A stretch of DNA of 64,000 nucleotides from the human T2T-CHM13v2.0 reference genome, Homo sapiens, in assembly GCF_009914755.1 (NCBI RefSeq), contig NC_060927.1. One strand, given 5' to 3'. The number at the start of each line of letters is the position of its first letter. Position 1 is the first letter of the stretch. Positions 14,872 to 30,211 of this stretch are shown here, in pieces. The position numbers were made by a program, and so were the translations under genes. The notes beneath the pieces are model-generated. The model was not told where the DNA came from and did no database searches. It saw nothing but the letters and a program-made list of their open reading frames with translations.

Positions 14872-15220
14872 CCCTGTAGGATTGTGTTCCTCTGAAACTG
14901 TCCCCTAAATTATGGTGCCCATGAGTAGGTACAGATGTCCAGCAGTGAGTGCAAGAGTAGATACTATGGAACTTAAAATTATGTGTTTGAGTGAGATGGA
15001 GTCTTAGAAATCAACTCATCTTAATTTCCACATGGCTGATGTTTGATTATCACAATAATCTTTTTGCTATTGGGGAACTTTTTAAGTCTCCAAACATGCC
15101 ATTCTGTATTTTGATAGTTCTGTTAGGAACTCTTCCTGGTAGCAAGTACAAATCTATCTCCTTGTAAGTTCTTTCCCTTGGTCATATTCCTATGCTTTGC
15201 AGCCATACAGACTAGGATAA

Positions 15221-15596
<376 letters not shown>

Positions 15597-15699
15597 TCCG
15601 TGAGTATTTTCTTATTCAAGTTATATATTCCAATTTACTTTTTTTGTTCCTCTTGTGGCAGAATGTTGAGCTCTTTAGCAATCCAGTCATGTTCCTCTG

Positions 15700-15900
15700 T
15701 TTGCACTAATCTGTCACCGGGCACTAACATGATATCCCAGATGTGGTTCTACCAATGTGGAGTTAGGCAGAATTATCACCTCCATCATTCTAGAAGTTAT
15801 ATTTCTTGTTAATGTAAACTAAAATTTAATTCACCTTTGGGGAAACCACATCACTGTTGATTCAGACTCTGCATGAAATCAACCAAAACCACTTTGTTGA
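15700..15900 (-). mobile_element. L3/CR1 fragment
   Basis: ccagatgtggttctacc...atcacctcc...cacatcactgttgattca resembles L3 reverse strand. Confidence 0.6.
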
Positions 15901-15907
15901 TCTGTAG

Positions 15908-16278
<371 letters not shown>

Positions 16279-16312
16279 TCCTCTATTCTTACAATGGAGT
16301 CTGATTCCTTAA

Positions 16313-16633
<321 letters not shown>

Positions 16634-16829
16634 TCATAATTGCTCTTACCTGAGAAGTAATGAAACAGATGTCTCAAATTCTCTTTTACATTACCCCTAC
16701 ACATGAAGGATGGCTTCTTCCAGACTGTTTATTCTTCTTCAACCTACTTGATGGCTTTAAAGAAAACTAAAGGCACTGAAAGCAAAGATTCTTCATGAAA
16801 GTCCCGAAGGCTGCTCTACACATATTTCT

Positions 16830-17192
16830 TGCCCCTTCCCCTGTTAGCAGCATGGTAGTATTGTCCTTGCTGGCTCCTTATGGTTGAGCAGGCCATGTGA
16901 TGAAGTCTGGCCTGTGAATTTGGAGTGAAAATGATGTGTGTAGCTTCCAGGCCAACCATTTGTCTGCAAATTTGAAACCCTCCAGTGCTCTTTCTTTTTG
17001 GCACGGTGACCAGCAGCACTCATGATGGTGGCTGTTTTACTAGTCTGGGTCTCATAGTAAGGTGAGATAGAGCAGAGTTCCCTGCTAACTCATAATGGAT
17101 ATGGAGCATGAGTGAGAAATAGTCCTGAATTTTTTAAGTGGTTGAGGTTTGAGCATTGCTTTTGCAACACAGCCTAGTCTGTATGACTGACA
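16830..17192 (+). mobile_element. MLT1I/J MaLR LTR
   Basis: ggccatgtgatgaagtctggcc...gcatgagtgagaaata...cagcctagtctgtatgactgaca. Confidence 0.7.
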
Positions 17193-19069
17193 GTCAGATT
17201 TCCTAGGCACTCATTCATTCAACATTAGGTCAATATTTTTTGGTACCTAGTATGTGAAAAGTACTCGGAGTTATCACAATGAACAAAACAAAAGTCTCTA
17301 CCCTTGTGGAAATAGGGGGTTTGGACATTTCATGTAGTAACCACATGAGACCTGGACCTCTCTAGAAACCATGTAGCAGACAAAATGCAGTATGTTCAGA
17401 GTGATTCTTCAGATGTGATTGTCCATGAACACTTTAGAAGGAGTCCAGGCTGGGAGCTGGAATGCCAGGGTTTAAGTGCTACTTTGACCACTCATCTACT
17501 GCGTGACTATGGGCTGACAACCCTCCTTGTCTGGGCTACCATTTTCTTTACCCCTCTCTGTTCACACATGATTCCACTCTATACTGTCTGTGCCAGTGGT
17601 TGTTCAACAGCTCCTTGAATGTTTTTGGAAACAGCATGTACAGCACTTCCTCAGGCAGTGCCCGTGTCAGTGTTTTTACTCTGAAGCACTTAGGTTCTCG
17701 AAGCCATGAGATATAGCCAGAATTTGCATGTAAATAAATTTGTTACTCGGTTTATATTCCGTGCCAAGCACTGCCTTGAACTGCACACTCTGGAAATTAA
17801 AGGAGATGTATACATAATGGCCCTGAACCTTCAAGTCCAATGGAACAGATGAGACTGCCACTTAGGTACCAGAACACAACATTTGATGCTGAATTGTGGG
17901 TCAAGGTCAGAAGAAAAGAAGTTTAGGGGAGATTAGTGCAATCAAGGAAGGCTTCATAGAGGGTGTTGGGTTTGTGCCAAGCCTTGAAGGACTTTAGATT
18001 CTAAGTAGGTGGCAGGCATAAAGGAGAGGCATATCAGACAGGACAACCACCTCAAGGAGGGGAAAGAGAGGATGCACGTGGTGTATTTGTGAAAACAGAA
18101 TGGAGTCCCAGCTGGCAAGTACAAAGAATGGGAGTGAAGACCAGATTCTGAACCGCCCTGTGTGGACAATTATTAAAAGAGTCCGCTGATAGGAATTTTA
18201 AAAGATACGGCACTAGCCATCCATACTGTTTGGGTCGGTACTAAAGGATATCTTCATATCCTTCTCAAAGAGGCCTCCTGTAGCTAAAAAAGAACTTTGC
18301 AAATCTGGACCTTTTCCTTTTGTCACATATTCTCTGTTTATAGTTTTTATTTAATTAACAATAGCTATACCATTAAATATGTAGATGTTCCACCCAAACA
18401 TTCCCTATTGGTGGCAGATAGTGCCAGGTCAGTATTCACAGCGGGGCAGCTGAGGGCTTCCTCAAAGGAAGCAGGGTGAGGTTTATGCCTGTCTTTGCTC
18501 TGTAACAAAATGTTCAGAGAAGGGAAATATGGAAAGGAATATCATTGCCAAATGGGTTCCATTCTTCATGTAAGTGATGGCTTTATTTTGCCTTTCAATA
18601 AGAATGGCTTTCCCCAGGGCACATATGGTACATAGACAGTTCAGGCTCATGACACAAACTCTCAAAAAACACAAGGAATGACAGTGGGGGATGTGGATAC
18701 TCACACTCAAGCTCTGCCTCCTGGTTGACCTCCTAAGAAATCCTGCCTCCTTGCTCAAGTCAGTTACCCTGAAATCCCAATACAAAAGTTCAAGTAAAAC
18801 ACAACTCATTAATGTTGTACTTGGTTAGAAAAAAAAGGAAAAAAAGTATGTGAAAAAATAAATGCTTATGTTCAAAATATGGGTTCTTTGGGGGAGATGA
18901 GTTGTTTCCTGCGGTGTTTAGGGAAGTGGTTAATGAACTTATTGACTACAAGGCAATCATTTTTGAAATGCCAAGGATGATGGGGGTAGAATCAGAGACG
19001 GAAGAAAAATTAATGTGTTATTTTCTATAAATGGAAAGGAGGAATTTTGGCTAATTACTTTTCTGAAAA

Positions 19070-19320
19070 TTAAGGTTATCATTAAAAGTAATATACTGAC
19101 TTTTCTGTAGATTTTGATAGCTTTCAAAACACATTCATATTCATTGTTTGATTTGATTCTCAAAACAACCCCGGGAGGGAGGCAGAATACATTTTTTTTT
19201 TCCATTTTCCAGATAAAGACCTAAGATTTTGAGAAGTTAAAGGACTCATTCAGGATTATACAGCTAATAAGCAGCACGTCAGGACTGAAACTTCAGACCT
19301 TCTAACTCCTCTGGTCAAGT
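19070..19320 (-). mobile_element. MIR
   Basis: tttgattctcaaaacaaccc...ccattttccagataaag...cagctaataag. Confidence 0.7.
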
Positions 19321-19429
19321 ATAGAGGAAAAGTAAAGCCTGGGAGTTAAAAGTGGGTTTGTAAAATGCGGTTAATTGAAAAGAAGAGGTATAGTAATGTA
19401 ATTTAGTGAGTGAGAGCTCACTCTGGAGC

Positions 19430-19830
19430 AGACATTGCAAATAGAAGCCTGAGATAATAATGCAGCAGCAGATGAGCTTGTACAATTATGGCCCAAACAA
19501 TAGTTACAAAGTTTTTTTCAATTTTTAACAACATTTAAAAATTGGGACATTTCACAATAAAAATCTAGATTTCTAACCTCTGTTTTACAATCTGCATAGA
19601 TGGCCCCACTGGGGAACATTCCCACGCAGCCACAGCCAGGAGGAACTTGGGAGCAGCTGTCCCTCGCGGATAGACATGAGCTCTCTGGTTCTCCTTAATC
19701 TCACCATTCCCTGTTGCCGCCAGTCCTGGTGACCAATGATCTGTACTTTTCATCACACTACACTGCTGCTTTTCTCCACCCATCTGTATCACACCCTGGA
19801 TTCTCGAGGCATTTGAATTTGTGTCTTCAA
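19430..19830 (+). mobile_element. MER102-like hAT element
   Basis: caacatttaaaaattgggacatttcacaataaaaatctagatttc...ggcatttgaatttg. Confidence 0.65.
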
Positions 19831-19951
19831 GTCTGGAGGCAGCATCCTGGCTCTATCCATTTCTAGCCATTTGAATGTGGGCAGATTACTTTCCATGTTA
19901 AGGGTTCCATTTCTATTTCCATTCTGTAAAATAGGGATGATGGTGGTGGAA

Positions 19952-20390
19952 TGTAGTGGATATCTGTTTGTTGTTTTTGTTTTTGTTTTCCCAGCATTAA
20001 TCCTTTCCTTGGAAGTTCCCCTCTTATGGGAATAAGAAGACCCGCTTGTTTTTTCTCTAGGGTGAGTGACCCTGGCTACTCCAATCAAATGTAGATAAAC
20101 CAGACTTAGAATTAAGAGTTAGTGACCCAAACAAACATGCATATGTGGTTCAGGTTGCAAGATCTACATCAAGTTTCTAGGGACGGCCCTGGCAGATGCA
20201 TCAGTGGTTGATACCATTCAAAATTCATTATCAGTACATTGGTGGCTTGAACTGTAATGCTTATGCCTAATGTAGGAAGTAACTAGGCTTCCCCAACTCC
20301 CTGGTATGATGTCAGCGAGTATCTCTGGTTGTGAAACTTCTTTGCCTGGTTCCCTGGCCCTTCCAGAGATTTTGCAAGCTCTTTAATATA
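19952..20390 (+). mobile_element. MLT1K/L-like LTR
   Basis: Starts tgtagtggatatctgttt...cccagcatt. Confidence 0.5.
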
Positions 20391-20625
20391 CTGTAGTGCT
20401 TGTCTTTTGCTAATTGGCTCCCAGATCTCTTCTCCACCTTTCTCCTATTGTACTCTGTGTTGCTTTAGGTAACTGTAAAATTCATTTCCTAAGCTCCTGT
20501 GTCAGCAGGTTTGGAGGATCTAAGGTTTATGCAATTTGGGGGCCATCTTTAGTCATAATACAAAATTATACATACAAAATTATGTGCAAAAGGAAGTATT
20601 TATTTTCTACGAGAAAAAAATAACA

Positions 20626-20925
<300 letters not shown>

Positions 20926-21491
20926 AATTAATTTTTAAAAATCACAAAAAATTACAAAACTTAAAAATTTACTCCAAATTTTAAAAATCAAGAACAAATA
21001 AAAAAGAAAAAGCTGGAAAAATAAGGTCATATTTTATTAGTTAACTGTTGAGATATATCTCATAATATTTTCCTAGAATTTTTAGCTTCATTTTTGTTTC
21101 TTTTGATAACAGTTTTCTATAGGAAAAGCAGAAATATAATTGTCTTTCCTCACTATGCTAATTGGAATTTACTTTTTTATTATTGACAATTTAGAAACAT
21201 TCCCATTCATAACGTTATTAATGTTACATAAATTGTTAGGATCATTGTCAATTGTGGGAAAACCTCTATCAAGCTATTTTCACAGGAGAGCTGTAAGATT
21301 TTAAGATAGTTTAAGTTTCTTGTGTTGGAACCAATGAGTCTGTCATCAGTTTCTTGGGGTTAAGACATCTGAGGTGAATGCCAGGTAAAATGGCACAATG
21401 GATGTGTGTGGATTACTACAGTCCATTCTAACACCAAGACATCAACAAAAACCTTTTTTTTCCTCCTATCTAAATGTCTGGTGGAGTATTT

Positions 21492-21934
21492 TTTTATATA
21501 TATACTTTCATTTTTTAATTTTTTAAAATACTTTCAACTTTTATTTTAGACTCAGGTGGGTACATGTGCAGGTTTGTTACATGGGTATATTGTGTGACAC
21601 TGAGGTTTGGGGTATAATTGATCCTATCACCCAGGTGGTGAGCGTAGTACCCAGTAATTTTTCAGTCCTTATCTGCCTGCCTCCTCCCCTCTCTTGTAGT
21701 CCACAGTGTCTGTTGCTTCCATCTTTATGTCGCTGAGTACTCAGTGTTCAGCTCCCACTTATGAGAACATGGATGTAGCTGGAGGCCATTGTCCTAAGCA
21801 AATTAACACGGGAACAGAAAACCAAATAATGGCCTCCAGCTACATCCATGTTGATGCATAGGGCATTATTTTATTCTTTTTAATGTCTGTGTAGTATTCC
21901 GTGGTGTGTAGGTACCACATTTTCTTTATCCACT
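21492..21934 (-). mobile_element. Old primate L1 3' end (L1PA15/16 or L1PB-like) with internal inversion-duplication
   Basis: L1 3'UTR reverse complement; approximate TSD tggtggagtattt / tggtggacattt. Confidence 0.88.
21766..21852. repeat. Perfect 25-bp inverted repeat with 37-nt spacer
   Basis: aacatggatgtagctggaggccatt (21766-21790) is the exact reverse complement of 21828-21852. Confidence 0.97.
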
Positions 21935-22459
21935 TGGTGGACATTTAAAATTCATGCTGAATGTGGAAAAATTCTTAAGAGTACGGGGCAGCTCTCTGTC
22001 TATAGGCTCTCTGGCATCCCCAGTCTTCACACAATGCAAAAAAAACTGTGAATGAAATACACACATCCCACTAGACAGAAACTAAATGAGTCCTCAGCTC
22101 AACTCCCCCTAACCAGTCCCTAGATAGGGGCTTACTTGAGAAGTATAATGCAGGGGATAGCAAAGTACAAAAAGAAAGCACTCGTAACTATTTAAATTAA
22201 AATACTATACTTTTTCAAATTGTAGACATACGACCATGTACACAGTTTGCTAGCACCCCTCCCAGGTCTTGGAAGGGGTCTGCACAGTGAGTGGCTCAGA
22301 AGCTTGAGACTTCCTAACTTCCCTCTCAATCCACTTATCTTTTTACCTAATTTGGCCAAAAGGAAGCACTGGCAAGAGATGGAAGAGCTCCTGGGTTTTT
22401 GGATAAGACCATTTACTTCTCCAGCCTAGGATGCATAGTGCTTCCTGCCTCTGTTAATC

Positions 22460-22752
<293 letters not shown>

Positions 22753-25700
22753 TACATTAATCTCTGTCACCATACCATTTAGTTTTCAGATCGTCTAAAA
22801 TATTTGTAACTACTTGCCACATTAAATTCATTCTGTCAGTCACCTAGATCCACTAGACTGGACTCTGGTTTATATTTGTTTTTTGATCAAAGAATATGCT
22901 CAGAAATATTTTTATATTTCTAAATTTGGCCTAAAGATTTTGTACAGATAGATGTCTATTGTCTGTATAAGCTTTTTTTCGGAGGCACCTTGTTAAGCCC
23001 ACAGGTTGATCTGAGGACCATTGTATCTATGTATCTTTATTACATATTTATGTAATTTTTATTCCATCTATCTAGAGGTAGGGAGTGTAATTTTTCTCCA
23101 TAATTGACAGAGCATGCCAAAGGTGACATATAGTATTAGAGGAAAGCCTTAATTATGGGTGAGCACAAACCACAACCCTCTAAAACACAAGATAAAATAA
23201 ATACATGCAATAGGGCCAAATTATTAAAAATGGTACAAAGTGGAGTCTGTAAATATTTTAAGCCAAGTCATCTAGTAGGATTAAGGCAAGAAACAGAAAA
23301 TGAAATTTTATTTAATTTGGAAAAGCATGCCTGGGGGAAATAATGTATAATTCAGATATATCTATAGAAGAGAAAAGCCAGGACGATACCGATGCTGAAA
23401 GAGGATTCAGAAGAGTGGGGACAACAGATTTGGTGTTCTCATTGTCATCAGATGGTAACAATATTTTATGGGCATAAATTAGACCACAAACTGATGAGAG
23501 AACAGCACATTTGGTATTAGCAGTTGACAGTAAAAGGAAAAGACATAGCAGTATAGACTGGATTGCAAGGGACTGACAAATATGACAATGACGAGATTTT
23601 CTACTTCTTTAAATTTTTGTCCTTTTCTGCATTGGAGACATTTTAATAAATGGAACCGATGACTATAAAGGACAGAGAAAATGATTTAAGTCCTAAAATT
23701 CAAGAAGGAACTCTAAGAAACTATCCAGTTAACCGTCTCATTGTATGATGAAGAAGTGAGGGTTAGACAGAATAAATTATTCACCCCAGGTCATTTAGCC
23801 AACCAAGGTCCTCTGCTTCCCCTCAGAATTTGGTTTATGTATAAATTTACAATGCTATAAATGTTGACTGAGGGAAATCTTATAACTAACTGTTAAGTAT
23901 TTGATTATTATAAGTCGTGTAAAAGAATACAACATTTTTGCATAGATAAAAGCAATAATGTAATCATAGAAAGTATCTTATTATAAGTGTTAGGTGCCTT
24001 GTCTTATTCTTTGTGTTCTTGGTGCCCGCCTTGTGTCTGGCACAGGGAAGGCATTAAATAAGTAGGATAGTCACTAAATGGATCATTGGCTGATGACTAG
24101 GTGGTTGGATGAAAGGGAGGGAGAGAGGAAGGAAGGGAGGAAGGAAGCGAAGGTAGGTTAATAAGGACATACAAATGGGAAATGTAATCTGGTCCCTAAT
24201 TTCCTGAGGAAGAATTAACTATGCCAGTTCTGGGTCATGCTATCTCAGATTGACACAGCAACAAATACGTATTTTAATCTTGAACAGCAAAGACTTCATA
24301 TCCAGCATTATAATAAAGCTAGTCTCATTTCATGGTCAAATCTCAAAGACTTGAGATCGCCGAGTGAGCTATCTAGGAGTGTCAATAACATGGGTAGTAA
24401 CCATTTACCTAAAATTACAGAGACCTCACAATCCATGACTAAGTGGAAGGATACCAAATTAGTGAAGAATCTGAATTACAGGACACAGTTTTCTTGCTTT
24501 TAGATACATATAGGAAATGGGAGTAGGCTAATATTATCTAAAAGAGATCATTCGAGAAAATAATTTTCATTAATTGATAAGAATTTATAATTATCATCTC
24601 AACTATTAGTAAAAGAATGTCTCCTACAAACTTAAGGCTATTTTGAAATGCTTTTCTGGTATAAAAACATTATTGGGGTACCTCTTTTACACTATGAATC
24701 ACATGTGCAAACCTTGTTCTTCACACCATCCAGCCTGTCTGAATTTTCACAAATGCGGAATTTTAGTGGAATTAGTCTGAATTGATGAAGCTTTCCCAGA
24801 CACTGCTGTTGTTGGAAACAACAGGCATCCTACTGAATAGTTAACTAGAGATTTTGAATATGTGTTACTTAGAAAAAGTTTCAACTGAGCATGAGTTCCT
24901 CCAGCAAAATTTGTCCGTCTCACTGATAGTGTAATAATCTAGTACACTTTTTAAATTAATGAACAGAAAATTAGAGGAAGGTCTGCCATTTCTTTTTCTC
25001 TTTCCTCCCTCTTTATGTATAGCTGAGTTCAGTCACCATCAGCACTAAATTCCATTCAGAGTTCACAGCCATCACGATAGCTAGTGCAGTTTTAGGTTAA
25101 GCATATTTTATCCATAAATTGCTATATTTGGTTCTCGAGTTATTATTGCAGTTCCTTGGGGTACATTTAAATCCACCTTATTGTAATAGATTATGGAATA
25201 TAGTGGCTAATGTGTCTAATGTAAAATAAATGACTATAATGATTTATGATGCGACACTTCAATTTTATTGAACATAAGGATCATTGTACTAAAATGGATG
25301 GTGTATTGCTGGTTTAGCATAAAATACTGAATAACATATTCAAGAAAATGAATGGCTCGGCCAGTTCATAATATTCTGCCCCTTCAGCTGAGAGGTCTTT
25401 AATAAGCAAGAGTGTCATTACACTTGGAAATGTATGTGTAGGTAATCCATTATCTAGAACAATGACAGGGATCTGCTCAAGTCCTTATTAAAGAAGGAAA
25501 TCTTTAGGAGCAAATGTAGAATTCTTTGGTCTTCTTGAAAGAATGATTTTCTCCCAACCACACAGCCACCATAATAGTGCTTAGCAGAATTGTAAGTGGC
25601 CTCCACATTTAAAAATTACCACCCTGAAACTCTCTCATGACCTGCAAGACAGAAGGGAATTTCAAAAAGGTTTTGATTTTTTCAGCATTGTCATCAGACA

Positions 25701-28274
25701 ATATCCTTAATGTCCTTTTCTCTGTGTGTCAATTTACCAACCTTTTATTTTAACTCTTGTAGTGCCCAGCATAGATAGTAACTCATGCTCTGTCTTTCCC
25801 CGGGACTCCATGTTTATGTTTGATCACTGAATAATTAGATTTAAGAAGACGTAATTTAGCTGTTAATGCTTATTAACTATAATATTAAAGATGATTTTCA
25901 ATAATATATTGGACCAATTTATTTGTGTTCTCAGACCTGAGGAGATGAAAGAAAATTCTTATATGGCAAATGATGTGTTTAGATTAATGGTGAAGTTTTA
26001 TCCTCCGAATAGTTGGGGGACATGAGGAATAAGGGAAGTGACATGCATGTTTTCTCACCCTCTTATCCTGGTGATTCTGAGATCCTGCCATCAAACCCTC
26101 AGGTCCTCCCGGGATACAGTTTAATGGCATAGACGATGCCCACATAATAACTAAATCCTTGTGGGAGTATCTTAATAGCATCCATTTCATTCCCTGGAAA
26201 GATAACTAGTTTCCCTTCTGTGGAATGGCCATGTTGAGACAGGGTGAGGGGGCTTTGAGTATTTTGAATCTGACAGCTGCATTATGGGTAAGACTGTCAT
26301 CAATTCTCCTTCTCAACACATTGTTAGTTTATGCCTATTCTCCATCTCTTAGCCCAGACAATCTCATCTGACCAACCAAAATTAAAGAGCTGTCAGGTAC
26401 CATAAAAACCCACGAATGAGGGTCTTTTCCTCACAGGCCTAAGAATTCCGTTCAACATGATTGCATGCGTGCATGGCAGTTTTGATTTTTTTTCTCCTGA
26501 ATAGCAGACTTCACCACTTCCTGAAAAGACACAGATCTTGATGAGAAAGTGATCTGATGATGAAACGAACCCTGCATTTGTAGAGTTAAGGAGTTTTGCC
26601 ATCCAGAAAGGAGAGATATTCACAGTGGATTCTGTACTGTGTGAGTTGCAGACAGACATTTATTGATTCAGGATATACTCTCAGTCACTTCTTTTTATTC
26701 TTTTGAAAAGGTGATCTAGCCTAGAACTATTCATGAGAAAAAGTAACTAGCACTATCTCAATGTCACAGCTTAATTTGGGTGGTCAAAAGCTTGCCATAA
26801 ATCAGTCTTTCTGGAACAGTGGGGACATTTTCTCTGTAATGAACTAAAAAAAATAAGGATCATCTTTTTTTTTTTTTTTTTGCTAATGGATGTTTTGCCT
26901 TTGGATCTTTTGATGTATCAGTCTAGACCAAGGCAAGCGCTGCTAAGGAACCTCTGACCCCAAAAGTCACCCCAACCTCTACAACATCCCCATACCCACT
27001 TCCTCATCTTTAGGATTCCTCTCCACAGCAAATTCTATGCAGTCATTGAACATTGCCAGGATGTTTTCAGAAAGAATATTAGGGCATTTTCTTTTTTTCC
27101 TTACACCTTCATTATCTTCCTCAAAATATTATAGTAAATTTAAATGGCTCATAATGTCTTATCACCACCCCATAAGATATTATTTTCTCTGTAGTAGTAC
27201 TTTCACACCAGCTTCAGATTGAAACTCTGGCTGATCGTCTTTAGAGCTGATCCATGCTATTTGACTGCAGAAAAGGAGCTTTCCAGGGCCAGGACATACA
27301 ACCGAAAGTTTGGCCAATGAGAGGCCTGTCTGCCCTGACTCCATTACTAATTCACCAGTCCCTGACCCAGGATTTCCAACATTTTTCCCTTCTGCCATTT
27401 TCTTGCATTTTACTTTGTTCCTCATGTCAAATATTTACTTTATTATTGCTTCTAAATGCTACATCTCATTTCTAGTACCAAAGTGATATTTAGAATCCAA
27501 ACTTCTATATATGTGAATTCATAGGTAGAATTATTCATGTTAACATACCTCTCAAAAAAGTGCTAAAGGAGCTTTTTGTGAAACCTGGGGTTTACTTTTG
27601 TTTGTTTGTTTTTGACCAGAGATATGATTTGGGTTCTTTCCCAGTGAACTCATCGGCTCCTGCTTCCTTCAGTCTTGCAGCGTATAGTCAAACCCCAGGC
27701 AAAGCCTCAATGTTCATCACTTAATCCCTTTCAAATACTTTGATTTATGGAACAGAGGATAGAACCTGGAAAATTCTGAGGTATCCACCCAACATTGATA
27801 TTTAAGCATGCTCATTCTTTATATCCTTCTTTGAATTATAGGCCTATAAGTCCATCAAAGGAACTTTGGGTTTCCCTTTCGGAGCACTTTTTTTCCAAGT
27901 GGTATAACCCCGGTGTGGAACTCTGTGTTTAACAAGCAGATCTTTTTCAGTACAAGGCACAATAAGTTTAGGATAAGCTTAGAAACCATCAGGGTTTTCC
28001 AGTACAATTATTCCTGAGTTAAACAGGACAATGACCCATTACAAGTTATGTGTGATGCATTCAGACTTTGGGAACTTGACCAAAATGACTTTGAAATGTA
28101 CAGGGAAAAACCATGATCATTTACCTGGATGGAGTAGTAAGGTACTGCTTCCGCCAAGCCAAAGGTAACTGAATATTGGTATAATACACTGTCTTTTTTG
28201 TTGACCAAAAAATGTAAAATATCTAGAGGAAAATTTAACAGAGATAAAAATAACATTTTTAAATTATGCTATCA

Positions 28275-28584
<310 letters not shown>

Positions 28585-28599
28585 TCAGCCATTTGAGTC

Positions 28600-29300
28600 T
28601 TGAATCAATGCAAAGAGACCTTGCTCTTTGGTAGAAAGCTCAGTGTTGTGAAGTTGTAACTTCTCCCCAGAAGAAGCTACAATTTCAATGTGATGTTCTC
28701 TAAAATTTAAAAAAAAAAAAAAGACAAAAAGATTATTTGGGGAATTTGTGGAGGCAGGCAGTAGAAGGATGGATGCTAATTGATGTGATGATTCTGAAGT
28801 TCATCTGAAAAAATTAAAAGATAATAGTTGAAGGAAAAATGTTTGTAGAAAAAAAAAGACAGAAGGAAAGACCACCTTTCCATGAAATAAAATGCATTAT
28901 AAGCAACAGCAATCAAAACAGTAAGTTACTGGAGTAGCAAGATGAATAGCGCAGCATTGGGTCTGGAGGTATTCCCAAATACGTATGGAAATTTGGTATA
29001 TGAGGTGGGCATTGAAATGAGTGATGAAAACATATACTATTTAATAAATGTTGGGGGGCGGGGGGGAAGCAAGCTTCCTACCTCATTCCTTCCACCAAAA
29101 TAAACCTCAGATAAGCCATAGAGGGATAAGTGATTGTGATGAAGAAAAAGAAAGTTGAGATTGCAAAGTTCTAAAAGAAATATGGGTCTATTTTATACTT
29201 AGGGAGAGAGGACCTTTTTAGGAGTGACATGAAATGCAAGAGCTAGAAAGTAAAATATTGACTTGACCACAAAACAAAAGTAAGTTCTGATTTTCTTACT
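28600..29300 (+). mobile_element. Ancient L1M ORF2 remnant
   Basis: tgattctgaagttcatctgaaaaa, gcaacagcaatcaaaacagta, ctatttaataaatg resemble L1 ORF2 nucleotide motifs. Confidence 0.65.
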
Positions 29301-29699
29301 GGCCAAGTACATTCATTTATATATCAGTATACACATTGGCACACATATATAAATCATATATACCATTTTAATTTCTCCAAATAGATCCCTAATACTTATG
29401 TGCTCTGGAAGGATACAAACAAAATTTTTTACTATGACTTTGGGACAATCTTTTAATTAATTTTATAATCATATTTTTATAATGGCATAAGCATGTATTG
29501 CATAAACAGTAAAATCTGTTGATACTGTGTTTAACTTGTAATGGCCCATAATTCAATGGTTCTTAGTTTTTTTAAGATAAACACTACTTTAAGAATCAGA
29601 AGCTGTGGCCCCGATCCTCTGACAAGAGCACATAAGCGCAAATACCCAAAATGCAACATGAGTTGGAAATCCCTGCTCTAAATAGTTCTAAAGAGAGTT

Positions 29700-30211
29700 G
29701 GTCAGTGATCTATTGCTGTATAACAAACCAACCCCAAACTTATTTGCTTAAAACAAGAACCATTCTATTGCCTATGATTCTGTGGGTCAAAAATTTAGGC
29801 AGCACTCAGCTGGTCCAGTTTGTCTAGGCTTCATGTGGGGTTGTCTGCACATTACTGGGGTCAGAGGATCCAAAAGGGCCTCACCTACATGTTTGGGGCC
29901 CTGGTCCTATCTGTTGGCAGGTATGCCTCAGTGCTCCTCCATTGGCCTCTCTCCAACAGAATACCCGGGGCTCAAGGCAAAAACATGGAGGCTCAAGGCA
30001 AAAACAGAAGCCATGTGATCTCTGAAGCTCTGGGCCCAGCCAACACACAGCATCACTGTCACCACATTCTGCTGGTCAAAGCAAACCACAGGACCAGCTC
30101 AGAATGAGGGGAAATAGACCCAAGGTGGGAGGAATGGCACAGCCACATTACAAAAGGACATGTGGGATAAGAGCAATTGCTGTGGTCATTATTAAAGAAC
30201 AGCCTACCACA
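29700..30211 (-). mobile_element. MLT1H-like MaLR LTR
   Basis: ctattgctgtataacaaacca...gcttaaaacaa...cacattctgctggtcaaagcaa...ctaccaca. Confidence 0.75.
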
